A DNA stretch of 64,000 nt from Mobula hypostoma (lineage: Eukaryota), in contig NC_086108.1 in the NCBI RefSeq assembly GCF_963921235.1, positions 20,522,001-20,586,000 on the forward strand, read 5' to 3'. How positions within the stretch are numbered: the first letter of the stretch is position 1; every line of letters starts with the position of its first letter. Made by a program: the position numbers and the translations under genes. The notes beneath the pieces are model-generated. The model was not told where the DNA came from and ran no database searches. It saw only the letters and a list, made by a program, of their open reading frames with translations. This document shows positions 25,961 through 39,885 of the stretch, piece by piece.

Positions 25961-28258
25961 TGTAAGTACTGCCCATAGATAATTATCGGTCGAAAAGAAA
26001 TAGTACACCAGTTTAAAATTATAAAGAAGGTATATTTGCCAATTTCAGCTTTATCAAATAGTTAATACGAAAAGAAGAAAATTAAATGGCCCATTACAAT
26101 TAAACCAGTCTAAATGTGCACATAAACGTTGGAGCTCATGTCTGTAGTAGTTGGCTATACCACTTTACTTATGGCGCTGAATTCTCATCACCAATCACAG
26201 GCAGAACTTCCCTTTTTGGACTCCCTTCTCTTGCATTAAGGTCTTTCCTTCAGATATGATCATCCAGGTGTCTTCCCTGATCCGCTCCCCTCTGCATTTT
26301 CCGTGAAAAGATCACAAACCTGACTACTCTCTATCAGAAATCTCTGTTTGACCAGCTCTCTCAAGAATCTTCTCTCCATCCCACCATCCTGATTGGCTGA
26401 CACATTTCTAAGTTGAATAACATGGGTCCTTATCTTTAGTCAAAACGAAAACTACCAGCTGGACACACTGCTTTTACAGAAAACTGCTAAGGTAAAATAC
26501 CTCACAGCATAACAGTAAAAATCTTAACTAGGGCATTAAACTCTTGCCCGCCACCAAAAATCGTCAAGTCCTCATGACTTTGGAACTTATTAAACCATTA
26601 TTAATAACACAGTATTCAAAAGACTTTTGTGATTTCAGGCACCCCCCCCAATCTACTTGTAAATGGCAGTAACATATTTCACTATTGGGATGGACACAAC
26701 ACTCTGTTTCCCTGGTACATCATATGCCAGCCTACCTGGGGGTTTCCCGACTGTGTGAGACCTTCTTATCTCATCGTCAGCTTCTTTAGCCTCAGGCACT
26801 TATTGTGACTGTTCCTTTTTACTTGGGGTGCTCCCCCCGCCCTTGTCTATTGCTCGTACCTTCTGATGACTCAGGTCCCTGGCCACCTGACTGAACTCAG
26901 TTTCATCCCCAATTATATTGGAGCCCAGTTTCTCCTCACTGTCTATTATCATGTCTGATTATCCACTGGTAGTCCTCTCCATTACCTCCAAGTCAAGGCT
27001 GGGAACTTCAGTAATCTCTTCATCAGTTCTTGGGAAGTTTGCGTAAGGTAAAGCAGACCATACTGCCATCTCCTCATCCTCCGAGTCTGCACAGTACTCA
27101 GTGGTTGGTGCCTTTTCAGGTCTTTCCACTGACATAACACTGTTGTCAGCTGGTTACCCTTCTGTTCTCCTCCTTCTGTGTAGAGTTCTCTTACTTGGTG
27201 TAAGTTCCATGTACTTCCTGGCCTAGGGGTAGAAGTTGATTCTGATGGAGGATTTTGACAGTACCATTCCTATCCTCTGGCTTCATCTGTAAAACTGGCA
27301 CATTTGGCATCTGACTCTCCACTATATAAGGCATAGACACCCAGCAGTTGGCCAACTTATGCTTCCCTGCAGCACAAATTTCTTATTAAAGCTCGGTCTC
27401 GGCATCAGTTGAGAGGACTTAATCTTTTGATCATATCTCCTCTTGTTTCCTTGGTTTTACTTGGTAGTAGAAACTGCTGTCAGCTCATAAGCTTTTGCAG
27501 TTCTTTCCTCATGTCAGAAACATACTTGAGATATGTCCTCTGTGGCAAATCCTCACTGCTGGCTCCAAAACAAAGATCTAGAGGTAATCTTGCGTTGCAC
27601 CCAAACATCAAATAATATGGTGTGTAGCCAGAAGCTTCATTCTGTGTACAGATGTAGCAGTGTACCAAGTGTCCAATATGCTGACTCCACTTGTTCTCTT
27701 TGTTGGCATCCAGGGTTCCAAGCATGTCTAGCAATGTGCAGTTGAACCTTTAAGGCTGAGGATCACCCTGAGGGTGATATGGCATGGTCCTTGACCTCAT
27801 CTCCAAGCATGCCCAGTAACTCAAGTATGAGCTTACTTTCAAAATCTCTTCCCTGATCACTGTGTATCCTTCTTGGGAGGCCATAATGAATAAAATACTT
27901 CTCCCATAACACCCTGGGAATTGTGAATGCTCTCTGATCTTTGTGGTGAAGGTTTGAACATATCTGGTGCAGTGATCAGTGATGACCAAGACATTTACAG
28001 CATTGCTAGAATCAGGCTTTGTGGAGAGGGAATCCATAAAAACTAAATCAAGTGGTCCCATACTCTGTAAGTGAGATAATGGAGCCACTCTCATAGGCAG
28101 TGCCTTCCTCTGGATTCACAACTTAACAGTACTCTTCAACCTCAGACTTCATTTGGGGCCTATAGAACCGATTCTGGACCAATTCATAGGGTCTTGTCAA
28201 ACTGCTAAAATAAAATACCTCACAGCATGGTAGTGGAAGTTTTAACCAGGACATTACG
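25961..28258 (-). mobile_element. Internally deleted Gypsy LTR retrotransposon (integrase, 3' LTR, 60-bp 5' LTR remnant)
   Basis: Integrase motifs GPLDLVFMD, VLVITDHCTRY, TMPYHPQGDPQ and ASGYTPYYLMFG. PPT-like ggtggcgggcaagag precedes the LTR 25961-26540. Segment 26481-26540 recurs at 28199-28258. Confidence 0.8.
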
Positions 28259-28429
28259 CTCTGAAAGTGGTGCAGACTCTTAGGGCCACCTAAGTCATAA
28301 CATTGTTTAGCATCCATGTACTGATGCTGCCCATTACCACGGAGTCACACAGAACAGAAACTAATCCTTCAGCTCACAATGTCTTTCCTGCTCAGCTAAA
28401 CAATTTTCATTTGCCAGTATCAAACTTGT

Positions 28430-31400
28430 ATCTTGCTATGCCTCATCTATTTAAATGCCATTATTGTATCTGATTCCAACCACTGACATCAACCACTCAT
28501 TGTGTATAAAAATTACTCCACAGATCCTTTTTAAAATTCCTTCCTATCATGTTAAGTCTATGTCCTTTCATTTTAATCTTAATACTCCTACATCGGAAAA
28601 AAGATTTCTACTATCCATTCTATTTATGCCTCTCATAATCTTATATATTTCCATCAGATCTCACCTCAGCCTCCTTCATTTCTCAACATATCCAATCTCT
28701 CCTTATAACTAAAGCCCTCCAATCCAAGAAACATACTGGTTAATCTTCTCTGCACTCCCTTCAAAATAATCATATCTTAATAATCATATCCCAGTTTGGC
28801 AAAAGAATAAATCAAGGAAGGTAGTGCACCCGTGGCTGACAAGGGAAATTAGGGATAGTATCAATTCCAAAGAAGAAGCATACAAATTAGCCAGAAAAAG
28901 TGGCTCACCTGAGGACTGAGAGAAATTCAGAGTTCAGCAGAGGAGGACAAAGGGGAAAAAAGATTATGAGAGAAAACTGGCAGGGAACATAAAACCTGAC
29001 TGTAAAAGCTTTTATAGATATGTGAAAAGAAAAAGATTGGTTAAGACAAATGTAGGTCCCCTACAGACAGAAACAGGTGAATTGATTATGGGGAGCAAGG
29101 ACATGGCAGACCAATTGAATAATTACTTTGGTTCTGTCTTTACTAAGGAGGACATAAATAATCTTCCGGAAATAGTAGGGGACAGAGGGTCCAGTGAGAT
29201 GGAGGAACTGAGGGAAATACATGTTAGTAGGGAAGTGGTGTTAGGTAAATTGAAGGGATTAAAGGCAGATAAATCCCCAGGGCCAGATGGTCTGCATCCC
29301 AGAGTGCTTAAGGAAGTAGCCCAAGAAATAGTGGATGCATTAGTGATAATTTTTCAAAACTCTTTAGATTCTGGACTAGTTCCTGAGGAATGGAGGGTGG
29401 CTAATGTAACCCCACATTTTAAAAAAGGAGGGAGAGAGAAACTAGGGAATTATAGACCGGTTAGCCTAACATCGGTGGTGGGGAAACTGCTAGAGTCAGT
29501 TATCAAAGATGTGATAACAGCACATTTGGAAAGCGGTGAAATCATCGGACAAAGTCAGCATGGATTTGTGAAAGGAAAATCATGTCTGACGAATCTCATA
29601 GAATTTTTTGAGGATGTAACTAGTAGAGTGGATAGCGGAGAACCAGTGGATGTGGTATATTTGGATTTTCAAAAGGCTTTTGACAAGGTCCCACACAGGA
29701 GATTAGTGTGCAAACTTAAAGCACACGGTATTGGGGGTAAGGTATTGATGTGGATAGAGAATTGGTTGGCAGGCAGGAAGCAAAGAGTGGGAATAAACGG
29801 GACCTTTTCAGAATGGCAGGCAGTGACTAGTGGAGTACCGCAAGGCTCAGTGCTGGGACCCCAGTTGTTTACAATATATATTAATGACTTGGATGAGGGA
29901 ATTAAATGCAGCATCTCCAAGTTGGCGGATGACACGAAGCTGGACGGCAGTGTTAGCTGTGAGGAGGATGCTAAAAGGATGCAGGGTGACTTGGATAGGT
30001 TAGGTGAGTGGGCAAATTCATGGCAGATGCAGTTTAATGTGGATAAATGTGAAGTTATCCACTTTGGTGGCAAAAACAGGAAAACAGATTATTATTATCT
30101 GAATGGTGGCCGATTAGGAAAAGGGGAGGTGCAACGAGACCTGGGTGTCATTATACATCAGTCATTGAAAGTGGGCATGCAGGTACAGCAGGCGGTGAAA
30201 AAGGCGAATGGTATGCTGGCATTTATAGCAAGAGGATTCGAGTACAGGAGCAGGGAGGTACTACTGCAGTTGTACAAGGCCTTGGTGAGACCACACCTGG
30301 AGTATTGTGTGCAGTTTTGGTCCCCTAATCTGAGGAAAGACATCCTTGCCATAGAGGGAGTACAAAGAAGGTTCACCAGATTGATTCCTGGGATGGCAGG
30401 ACTTTCATATGATGAAAGACTGGATGAACTAGGCTTATACTCGTTGGAATTTAGAAGATTGAGGGGGGATCTGATTGAAATGTATAAAATCCTAAAGGGA
30501 TTGGACAGGCTAGATGCAGGAAGATTGTTCCCGACATTGAGGAAGTCCAGAATGAGGGGTCACAGTTTGAGGATAAAGGGGAAGCCTTTTAGTACTGAGA
30601 TTAGGAAAAACTTCTTCACACAGAGAGTGGTGAATCTGTGGAATTCTCTGCCACAGGAAACAGTTGAGGCCAGTTCATTGGCTATATTTAAGAGGGAGTT
30701 AGATATGGCCCTTGTGGCTAAAGGGATCAGGGGGTATAGAGGGAAGGCTGGTACAGGGTTCTGAGTTGGATGATCAGCCATGATCATACTGAATGGTGGT
30801 GCAGGCTCGAAGGGCCGAATGGCCTACTCCTGCACCTATTTTCTATGTTTTCTTTCAATGTGACAAACGTAACTCCACATAATATTTCTAACCAGTGTTT
30901 TGTAAAACCACAAGTAACATCCTAACTCTCATATTCTGTTCTGTGACTTCTGAGAGGAAGCATGCTATTTTCCTTCTTCACTATCCTATTGACTTTGGCT
31001 GTTTCTTTCAGGGAACTATGGTTTTGAACCTCCAGGTCTCTCTGTTCATCAACATTCATTAGTGCCCTACCATTTACAGCATATGTCCTACATCTATCTG
31101 ACTTCCCAAAATGCATCATCTCACACTCATCAGGACCAAACTCCATTTGCTAACGCTCCATTTAACTTTTCTTCTGATCTATATCCTGCTGTAGTATCAG
31201 ACAGGTTTCCTTGCTATCCACAACCAGTAACTGTTGTGTAATCCGCAAAATTATTGATCGTTCCTCCAACATTCGCATCCAAGTTATTAATGTATAGTGC
31301 AAACAGCAACAATCCTAGCACTAGTCACCACTGTATGCCACTTGTTGCAGACTTCCAATCAACAAAACATCCCTCCATTACTACCTTCCTCCTCCTTTAC

Positions 31401-31495
31401 CAAGCTAATTTTGAACTCAATATGGCAGCTTGCCTTGAATTCCAAGGGCCTTAAATTTCTGGACCAGCCTACTGTGTAGGACCTTGTCAAGTACA
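28430..31495 (-). mobile_element. Old degraded CR1 hosting the young CR1 at 28790-30855
   Basis: Antisense CR1 3' region at 28430-28790 resumes at ~30856. ORF 30922..31146 reads MEFGPDECEMMHFGKS..QRDLEV. Confidence 0.7.
28790..30855 (+). mobile_element. Young 5'-truncated CR1 LINE (RT ORF open 29022-30764)
   Basis: 580-aa RT ORF with NYRPVSLTS, GVPQGSVLGP and SKLADDTK. 3' stem-loop gggccgaatggcct and attttctatg tail. Confidence 0.95.
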
Positions 31496-32139
31496 AATCC
31501 TTAAGTGTGATGAAGATGCCTGCTAGAATCAGTTTAACACTGCATGATAATCAGGGTCCTATGAGCCAAGTCATCACCAAAGATCTGAAATCACCAAGCA
31601 TGAATGCAAAATGTTCTCTAATCTTTTTGAGCAAGTTCAATACTTAGAAGTCATAGAAGAAACAGAGAGATATAACTGTCCTCCTTATTCAATGTACCAA
31701 ACTATAGATCATCCTTGTTTATGTAACTATTGAAATGGTTACTTAAATAATACTTTAAACCTCAAACAGAAGACACTAGTAACTATTTTAATGAATTGTG
31801 TATTCAGAAAATGAGCGCTACACTTCAGTCAGCCAACAAGAGAATGGTAAACAAGGAGAAAACAATGCATGGATGTGTGAACAAAGTCAGAGAATTGGAC
31901 AAATAGGATTGTTTTCCGAAAGAGCTGTTTTGGTAGACTATATTCCTCCTTTAGTGCTAAACTCTCTTAAAATTCTAAAGATGAAGATACTTAGATAATA
32001 TAATAACAATTCCATCTTGACTTCTCTAAAAATTACATTGATTCCTGAATATGTTAACAACCAAGTAAACTGCTGTAAAGCTAGGTTTTTATTTTTCTCT
32101 TTGAAGCGACTTTATACACTTCAATAAGTTACTTCTTGA

Positions 32140-32465
32140 TAGGAGGATGAGAGGTGACTTGATAGAAGTGTATAAGATTATGAGAGGCATAGGGGCAGCC
32201 AGCACCTTTTTCCCAGGGCAACAACAGTGAATATCAGAGGACATCTGTGAGTGGAGGGAAGTTTAAGGGAGAAGTCAGAGGTAGACATTTTATATAGAGA
32301 ATGGTGGCTGCCTGGAATGCATTGCTGGAATGGTGGAAGAGGTTGATTCAAAACGGGCATTTAAAAGATTTTTAGATAAGTCATGTTGCAAGAAATAAGT
32401 AAGATTATGAGCGTGCAACAATTGTCAAATAGGTTTATATTGGTTGGCACAACATCATACTGTTC
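32140..32465 (+). mobile_element. Degraded CR1 3' fragment
   Basis: Reads RMRGDLIEVYKIMRGI. Confidence 0.7.
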
Positions 32466-33151
32466 CAATGACTCAAAAGAATGAAAAGGCCTTGAGTAAA
32501 GAATCTGTCTTGATAATCCACAGTGTTTTCCTCAGTTTGTTTGTTACCAATGCCAGATGATAGAACTTGCATCTGAGTCACAGATAGTTAAGTTTAACTA
32601 ATTAATTTCAAATTTAATACAAGTGTTGACTCCTCATTAATTAAGATTATTTGGTTAAATTATGTAATGGGAAAGTCACTCAATGAAACCTATAAGTACC
32701 AATAGTCACCAACAAATGAAAATATATGAAGTTTTTGTTGATACTTTAAATTTGGTGCAAATCCTCAATAACAGACACCACAGTTTGAACGCATTCATAT
32801 CTATGCGGTTCAATGACATCAGTGACAACACTCAAAACAGTATTAATTGGCTGTAAAGCATTATGGGGATCTTTATCTGCAAAGGCACATAAATATATTT
32901 TCTTTTAATCCTTCATCATTAAATATTACTTGGTAACTTCCATAGCAATATGAGAGTCAGCAAATCTGTTACATTGCATCAATATAATTTGAAGTACAGA
33001 TGTTCTCCCTTAAGATCTGTTACACAAAACTTTCCAATAGGAGTGTCTACTGTCACTGACTAAGACTGATGATGTTTACTACAGCAGACTGCTTTCACTG
33101 GATGCTTAGCAGCTTGAAAACAAACCAGGTTCTGTGAAGAGAGATACTTAC

Positions 33152-33244
33152 ATGTTTTCTTTCTGTCGGTTTTAAAGATTTGGCTGAATAGTAATATAGT
33201 TTTGTTCCACATAATGCCACCCAATACTTGGTCCATGATGCAAC
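33152..33244 (-). CDS. RALGPS2: RALGPS2 PH-domain exon, [31 protein letters not shown]
   Basis: tttttttgttaag|GTT GCA ... AAA CAT|gtaagt; 93 nt, phase 0-0; lies inside ORF-track entry 33095..33295. Matches recalled RALGPS2 [31 protein letters not shown]. Confidence 0.95.
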
Positions 33245-35099
33245 CTTAACAAAAAAACATGACTTGTAATTGATATGATTACTGAACATATGCATTAGTG
33301 AGAATAGACCACACAGGGATTTAGATACATTATGAGAGATGTGTGAAATCTGCAGAGCTAAGTTATTTTATTGACTTTATATTGACGCTATATACTTGAC
33401 TATACTTTTTCAATCAGATTTCAATTTATGACTGATTCAATCAGGATATTAATTGCTACATTTAAATGGATAAAAACTGCTTGAAACAATTAATTCCCTG
33501 TCACAAGGTGATGAACTTATGCAGTTAAAGATGTTCTGCCTAATTTCTTGTCTCCCCAGCAATTTTTAACAATTCCCTGATGACACCAGCTGGAATTTTC
33601 CAATTAAAAGCCCCAGGTTCCATTCACAACTACCGGCTTTCATCCATCTAACTGTGTGGAAGTTTAGCAATCCCAAACGTCTATATAAGGTGGTCCCCAG
33701 TGATGGGATAAATGCACCCCACTCATCTTGGAGTCCAGCTGGGAAGCCCAAAATTTCAACAATTTACTCGCAGAGACTTGGAAAACTGTTTGCTGAACCT
33801 GAATCACGCAATCTTGGAATAAATCCAGCAAGCCCATTTGTTTTAATGGAGAAAATCAACAAGAAAGAGATAAATGAAAGCTAATTTTCTTTTCATTGCA
33901 TTAATAGAATTGATTTTAAATTATTTTAATTGTTTCTCAGTATTTAAAAAACTCAAGAAGCTTTTTTTATATAGCACTTTTAAAAACCTTTGAGCACTTT
34001 GGAAAGCTTATGATTGTCAGACATTGTCTCCTTGAGAACTTTGTCAGTTGACAAAGACTTCAGGTGTGCCTTAACCAAGTGTCACAGAAATTCTGAGGGC
34101 AGGACCTGTCAGTTTTGACTGTAAAGGCCCTTTGCTGAAGCTTAGTGTCGGGTACCCACTAACCAGTGGAAGATAATAACCAACTCTAGGCTTTGAATGC
34201 AGGTGATTGGTAGGCTGCTTGCTAAACAGTGGAAAATTGACATGCTCACTTTTCTTAAGTGAAGGTACCCAGTGCTACTCTGTAGTTCCTTGTTAGAAGA
34301 TGACTGAGAGAAATTAAAATGGATGAATTTTCACTGCCCTAGGCCCTTGTTTCAGCTGACACTAGTTGTGAATTATGTACTTGCAAGGGTGGCTATACAT
34401 AACTGAGAGTTATGGTAAATGTAGCAGCTACCACTTGAGCACATCCCGCTTTGCTAGTGAAATATCTAGAGTCATTATGCAGTCACAGCCAAGGTTGCCA
34501 TCAGGAATTTGGTTTGGGGTTCAGATTATATACTCTGTGGGTGGAACTTGGGTCCAAGATATGTGAATCCATAACTGGGTTTGGAGTTGGGAACATTGGT
34601 CATCAGGAATGTTGCTATTGTTGTAGCTGAAGCCTGAATGTGAAGTATTGGCAAGCACAAACTTACATATAAATTGTATTAATAAGGAGGAATTCACTTA
34701 CACACCACTGCAGTCTTAGTGGTCACTGACAATATCCTACTTACATCCTAGTTATCCTAATAATATTCTACTTTCTTTGTCATCTGCAGTTAGTTCATAC
34801 CCCTGTTCTGAATGAATAACCAGGACTTACTGTATTAAGCAAAAAGCATCTGACTATAATGTAGGGCTACTAATAATCAGTAAAGCTCAAGTTCCTTTTA
34901 TAATATGGATAATCAAACATACACAAGGAAACCATTCACTTGCAGGGTTCAAGGATGACTTAAATCACAATGCATATGGTGATTACACTCTAAGCATAAT
35001 CACAGTGCCCCGTAACATTTTCTAAAGTTACACATTGTGCCTGACCATTTTCTTGACCAATCTACATACATTTAATGATTACTTCTTGACTAATCTCAC

Positions 35100-37635
35100 A
35101 TGGTTGCTGAGGCGGCGCGAGGTTTAAAAAAAGAGCCTTTTGGTACTTTTCAGTGTCCGCAACATTCTAAAGGCAGTGGCTGCACCGCTAGAAGTTATGG
35201 TACACATTGGTACCAATGACAGGTAAGAAAAAGGATGAGGTACTGAAAAGAGAATATAGGGAATTAGGTAAAGCTGAAAAGCAGGACTTCTAGGGTAGTA
35301 ATCTCTGGATTGCTGTCTGTGCCACATAGGGTGATTTGACAGATGTGTGGCTGAGGAAATGGTGCAGGGGGTGAGATTTCAGATTTCTGGATCATTGGTA
35401 CACAAATTAGCCAGAGAAAGTGGCTCACCTGAGGACTGGGAGAAATTCAGAGTTCAGCAGAGGAGGACAAAGGGCTTAATTAGGAAGGGGAAAAAAGATT
35501 ATGAGAGAAAACTGGCAGAGAACATAAAAACGGACTGTAAAAGCTTTTATAGATATGTAAAAAGGAAAAGACTGATAAAGACAAATGTAGGTCCCCTGCA
35601 AACAGAAACAGGTGAATTGATTATGGGGAGCAAGGACATGGCAGACCAATTGAATAATTACTTTGGTTCTGTCTTCACTAAGGAGGACATAAATAATCTT
35701 CCAGAAATAGTAAGGGACAGAGGGTCCAGTGAGATGGAGGAACTGAGCGAAATACATGTTAGTAGGGAAGTGGTGTTAGGTAAATTGAAGGGATTGAAGG
35801 CAGATAAATCCCCAGGGCCAGATGGTCTGCATCCCAGAGTGCTTAAGGAAGTGGCCCAAGAAATAGTGGATGCATTAGTGATAATTTTTCAAAACTCGTT
35901 AGATTCTGGACTAGTTCCTGAGGATTGGAGGGTGGCTAATGTAACCCCACTTTTTAAAAAAGGAAGGAGAGAGAAACCGGGGAATTATAGGCCGGTTAGC
36001 CTAACGTCGGTGGTGGGGAAACTGCTGGAGTCAGTTATCAAGGATGTGATAACAGCACATTTGGAAAGCGGTGAAATGATCGGACAAAGTCAGCATGGAT
36101 TTGTGAAAGGAAAATCATGTCTGACGAATCTCATAGAATTTTTTGAGGATGTAACTAGTAGAGTGGATAGGGGAGAACCAGTGGATGTGGTATATTTGGA
36201 TTTTCAAAAGGCTTTTGACAAGGTCCCACACAGGAGATTAGTGTGCAAACTTAAAGCACACGGTATTGGGGGTAAGGTATTGGTGAGGGTGGAGAATTGG
36301 TTGGCAGACAGGAAGCAAAGAGTGGGAATAAACGGGACCTTTTCAGAATGGCAGGCGGTGACTAGTGGGGTACCGCAAGGCTCAGTGCTGGGACCCCAGT
36401 TGTTTACAATATATATTAATGACTTGGATGAGGGAATTAAATGCAGCATCTCCAAGTTTGCGGATGACACGAAGCTGGGTGGCAGTGTTAGCAGTGAGGA
36501 GGATGCTAAGAGGATGCAGGGTGACTTGGATAGGTTGGGTGAGTGGGCAAACTCATGGCAGATGCAATTTAATGTGGATAAATGTGAAGTTATCCACTTT
36601 GGTGGCAAAAATAGGAAAACAGATTATTATCTGAATGGTGGCCGATTAGGAAAAGGGGAGGTGCAACGAGACCTGGGTGTCATTATACACCAGTCATTGA
36701 AAGTGGGCATGCAGGTACAGCAGGCGGTGAAAAAGGCGAACGGTATGCTGGCATTTATAGCGAGAGGATTCGAGTACAGGAGCAGGGAGGTACTACTGCA
36801 GTTGTACAAGGCCTTGGTGAGACCACACCTGGAGTATTGTGTGCAGTTTTGGTCCCCTAATCTGAGGAAAGACATCTTTGCCATAGAGGGAGTACAAAGA
36901 AGGTTCACCAGATTGATTCCTGGGATGGCAGGTCTTTCATATGAAGAAAGACTGGATGAACTGGGCTTGTACTCGTTGGAATTTAGAAGATTGAGGGGGG
37001 GATCTGATTGAAACGTATAAGATCCTAAAGGGATTGGACAGGCTAGATGCGGGAAGATTGTTCCCGATGTTGGGGAGGTCTAGAACGAGGGGTCACAGTT
37101 TGAGGATAGAGGGGAAGCCTTTTAGGACCGAGGTTAGGAAAAACTTCTTCACACAGAGAGTGGTGAATCTGTGGAATTCTCTGCCACAGCAAACTGTTGA
37201 GGCCAGTTCATTAGCTATGTTTAAAAGGAAGTTAGATATGGCCCTTGTGGCTACAGGGGTCAGGGGCTATGGAGGGAAGGCTGGGTTCTGAGTTGGACGA
37301 TCAGCCATGATCATAATAAATGGCGGTGCAGGCTCGAAGGGCTGAATGGCCTACTCCTGCACCTATTTTCTATGTTTCTATGTTTCTAATACTCTTGTGG
37401 GCAGGTTTGCTAGAACTACTGGGGACGATTTAAACTAATTTGGCAGTGGGATGGGAACTAAGAGTGATATGACTGATGATGAGGTGGTTGGCATACAAGT
37501 AGATTGAGACTGTGAGGAAGGCAAAACTGCAGTCAGAGGGTTAAATTGAAATGTAACATGGGGACAAAATCGAAAAGGAAGATGAGTACAGGACCAAAAG
37601 TGTTATATATGAATGCATGCAGTAGATGGAATAAG
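35100..37635 (+). mobile_element. Older CR1 ORF1/ORF2-junction fragment (35100-35398 and 37388-37635) hosting a younger CR1
   Basis: VMVHIGTND and FRFLDHW on the left; ILVGRFART..DLN* and KVLYMNACS on the right. Confidence 0.75.
35399..37387 (+). mobile_element. Young 5'-truncated CR1, same subfamily as 28790-30855
   Basis: RT ORF with KFADDTK; +1 frameshift in the G run near 36995; tail attttctatgtttctatgtttcta. Confidence 0.95.
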
Positions 37636-38415
37636 ATAGATAGATACTTTATTGATCCGAAAGGAAATTATAGTGTCACAGCAGCATTACAAGTACACAT
37701 ATATACAAATATTAGAAGAGAAGTAGAAATAAAAAATAACTTGCTTCAAACAGTCTAACAGGAAGGGGGTTATCACTTCCCTGGCTGTAGGTTGACTCAT
37801 TATAGAGCCTAATGGCCAAGGGTAAGAATGACTTCATGTAGCGGTCTTTGGAGCAGCGCAGTTGTCCTAGTCTATTACTAAAAATATTCCTCTGTGCATC
37901 CAAGGTGGCATGCAGAGGGTGCGAAACATTGTCCAGAATTGCCAGGATTTTTCCATAAGGTCCCTTGTTCTACCACAGCCTCCAGTGTGTCCAGTTTGAC
38001 TCCTATAACAGAGCCAGCTTTTCTAATCAGTTTATTGAGCTTGTTGGCATCACCTGTGTTGATGCCATTGCCCCAGCACACCACTGCTTAGGAGATTGTA
38101 CTAGCGACAACAGACTGGTAGAACATGTGAAGGAGAGGCTTTCATACTCTAAAGGACCTCAGTCTCCTCAAGAAGTAGAGGTGGCTCTGGCCCTTCTTGT
38201 ACACAACCTCTGAGTTGGTGATCCACTCAAGTCTGTCATCCAGGTGCACCTCCACCTACTTGTAGATCCTTACCACATGCATGTCCTCACTATCAATGGT
38301 AACAAGGAGCACCGCAGGCTTAGTCTTCCTAAAGCCTCTCACCATCTCCTTTGTCTTATTAATGTTGAACTGCAGATGATTCAGTTTGCACCATTTGACA
38401 AAGTCCTCCACCAAG
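37636..38415 (-). mobile_element. Rex1/Babar LINE 3' fragment
   Basis: Reads VCWGNGINTGDANKLNKLIRKAGSVIG and RYMKSFLPLAIRLYN. Tail gatcaataaag(tatc)n. Confidence 0.85.
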
Positions 38416-38719
38416 GCCCTGATCTCGTAGTGCAGTTAGAGATTGGCAGGTGTGACTTCATATTTAATCTGCTCTCTCCTTAATGTTTTTTTAGTTGCCT
38501 TCTATTGGCTTTTAAAAGCTTCCCAATCCTTTACCTTCGCACTATTTTTTGCTATATTGTATGCCCTCTCTTTTGATTTTATGCTGCCTTTGACTTTCCT
38601 TGTCAGCCACAGTTGCCTCATCCTCCCTTTACAACACTAATTCTTTTTTGGAAAGTATCTATACTGAACCAAATTGCTGTTCTACCTTTATCCCTGCTAG
38701 TGTTCCCTTCCAAGCAAAG

Positions 38720-39310
38720 ATGTAATGTTTGGGCTTTATAAGGCATTGGTCAGACAGCACTTGGAGTATTGTGAGCAATTTTGAAGTCCTTGTCTGAGAA
38801 AGCATGTGCCGGCATTGGAAAGGGTCCAGAGGAGGTTCATGAGAATGATTCTTGGAATGAATGGGTTGATGTCAGAGGAGCATTTGATGTCTCTGGGCCT
38901 GTACTTGCTGGAGTTTAAAAGAATGAGGGGAGGGGATCTCATTGAAACCTTTTGAATATTGAAAGGCCTAGACAGAGTGTATGTGGAAAGGATGTTTCTT
39001 TTAGTAGAGGAGCCTAGGACCAGAGGATATAGTGTCAGAATAGGAGGACTTCCCTTTAGAACAGAGATGAGGAGGAGTTTCTTTATCCATTGGGTAGTGA
39101 ATCTGTGGAATTCATTGCCACATTCAGCTGTGGAGGTCAAATCATTGTGTATATTTAGGGCAGAGGTTGATAGGTTCTTGATTGGACAGGGCATTGAAGG
39201 CTACGGGGAGAAGGTGGAAGAAGGGAGACAATAAATCAGCCATGATGGAAGGTGAAGAAGACTTGATGGGCTAAATGGACTAATTCTACTCCTAAGACTT
39301 ATGGTCTTAT
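38720..39310 (+). mobile_element. CR1 3' fragment (preceded by an antisense CR1 piece at ~38455-38715)
   Basis: Reads LYKALVRQHLEYC and VVNLWNSLP; tail cttatggtcttat. Confidence 0.85.
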
Positions 39311-39885
39311 AAGACTCCTACTCCTGGTCAATATTCAATTATTGCAAAACATCCCTCTGACTGAAATGAATAATGGACATCACTTCCCTCCAAACTCATT
39401 TGTACTCAAATAGCCTTTCTATTATTAGACACATTTCTTCTGCTACCAATGATGTTTCAAAAACCTTCTACTGCTTTTGGGAAAGCAATGTTTTCTTGGC
39501 TTCTTCATTTTGTCATTAGTACTTCTTTAAGAATCTAAATTTATTTTTAGTAGAATCTTCCTCATATGTAGTTCAATACCCCTACTGTTACTCTAATTAT
39601 TCAATTCACCAGGACAACTTGCACATAGCTCAAATCATTACTATATGTTTTTTTTCTAACTTGGACTCTAGCTTTCCATACTTTCTCAGCAGAAACTATT
39701 TCAGTGGTCTTCATTGGTCTTTAACTAGTCCTTTTAACATGGTAAGACAATCCATGGGGCTTTTTAGATGGGGCACATATCTGAGGCAAATGAGAAGATA
39801 TAGATTAGTCAAAGAAACATTGGTTAAGGAGCATGAAAGAGGATAGAGATGAAGAGAGAATTCCAGATAACAGCAGTGGCAAAAG

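Noticed and set aside
29669..36908. Repeated minus-strand ORFs (MPPKWITSHLSTLNCICH..., MNLLCTPSMA...)
   Set aside because: These are antisense shadows of CR1 RT coding sequence, repeated only because the CR1 copies are similar.
35347..37011. 554-aa ORF as a domesticated RT gene
   Set aside because: It is a chance in-frame fusion of an old CR1 fragment to a truncated young CR1, and it ends in a frameshift.
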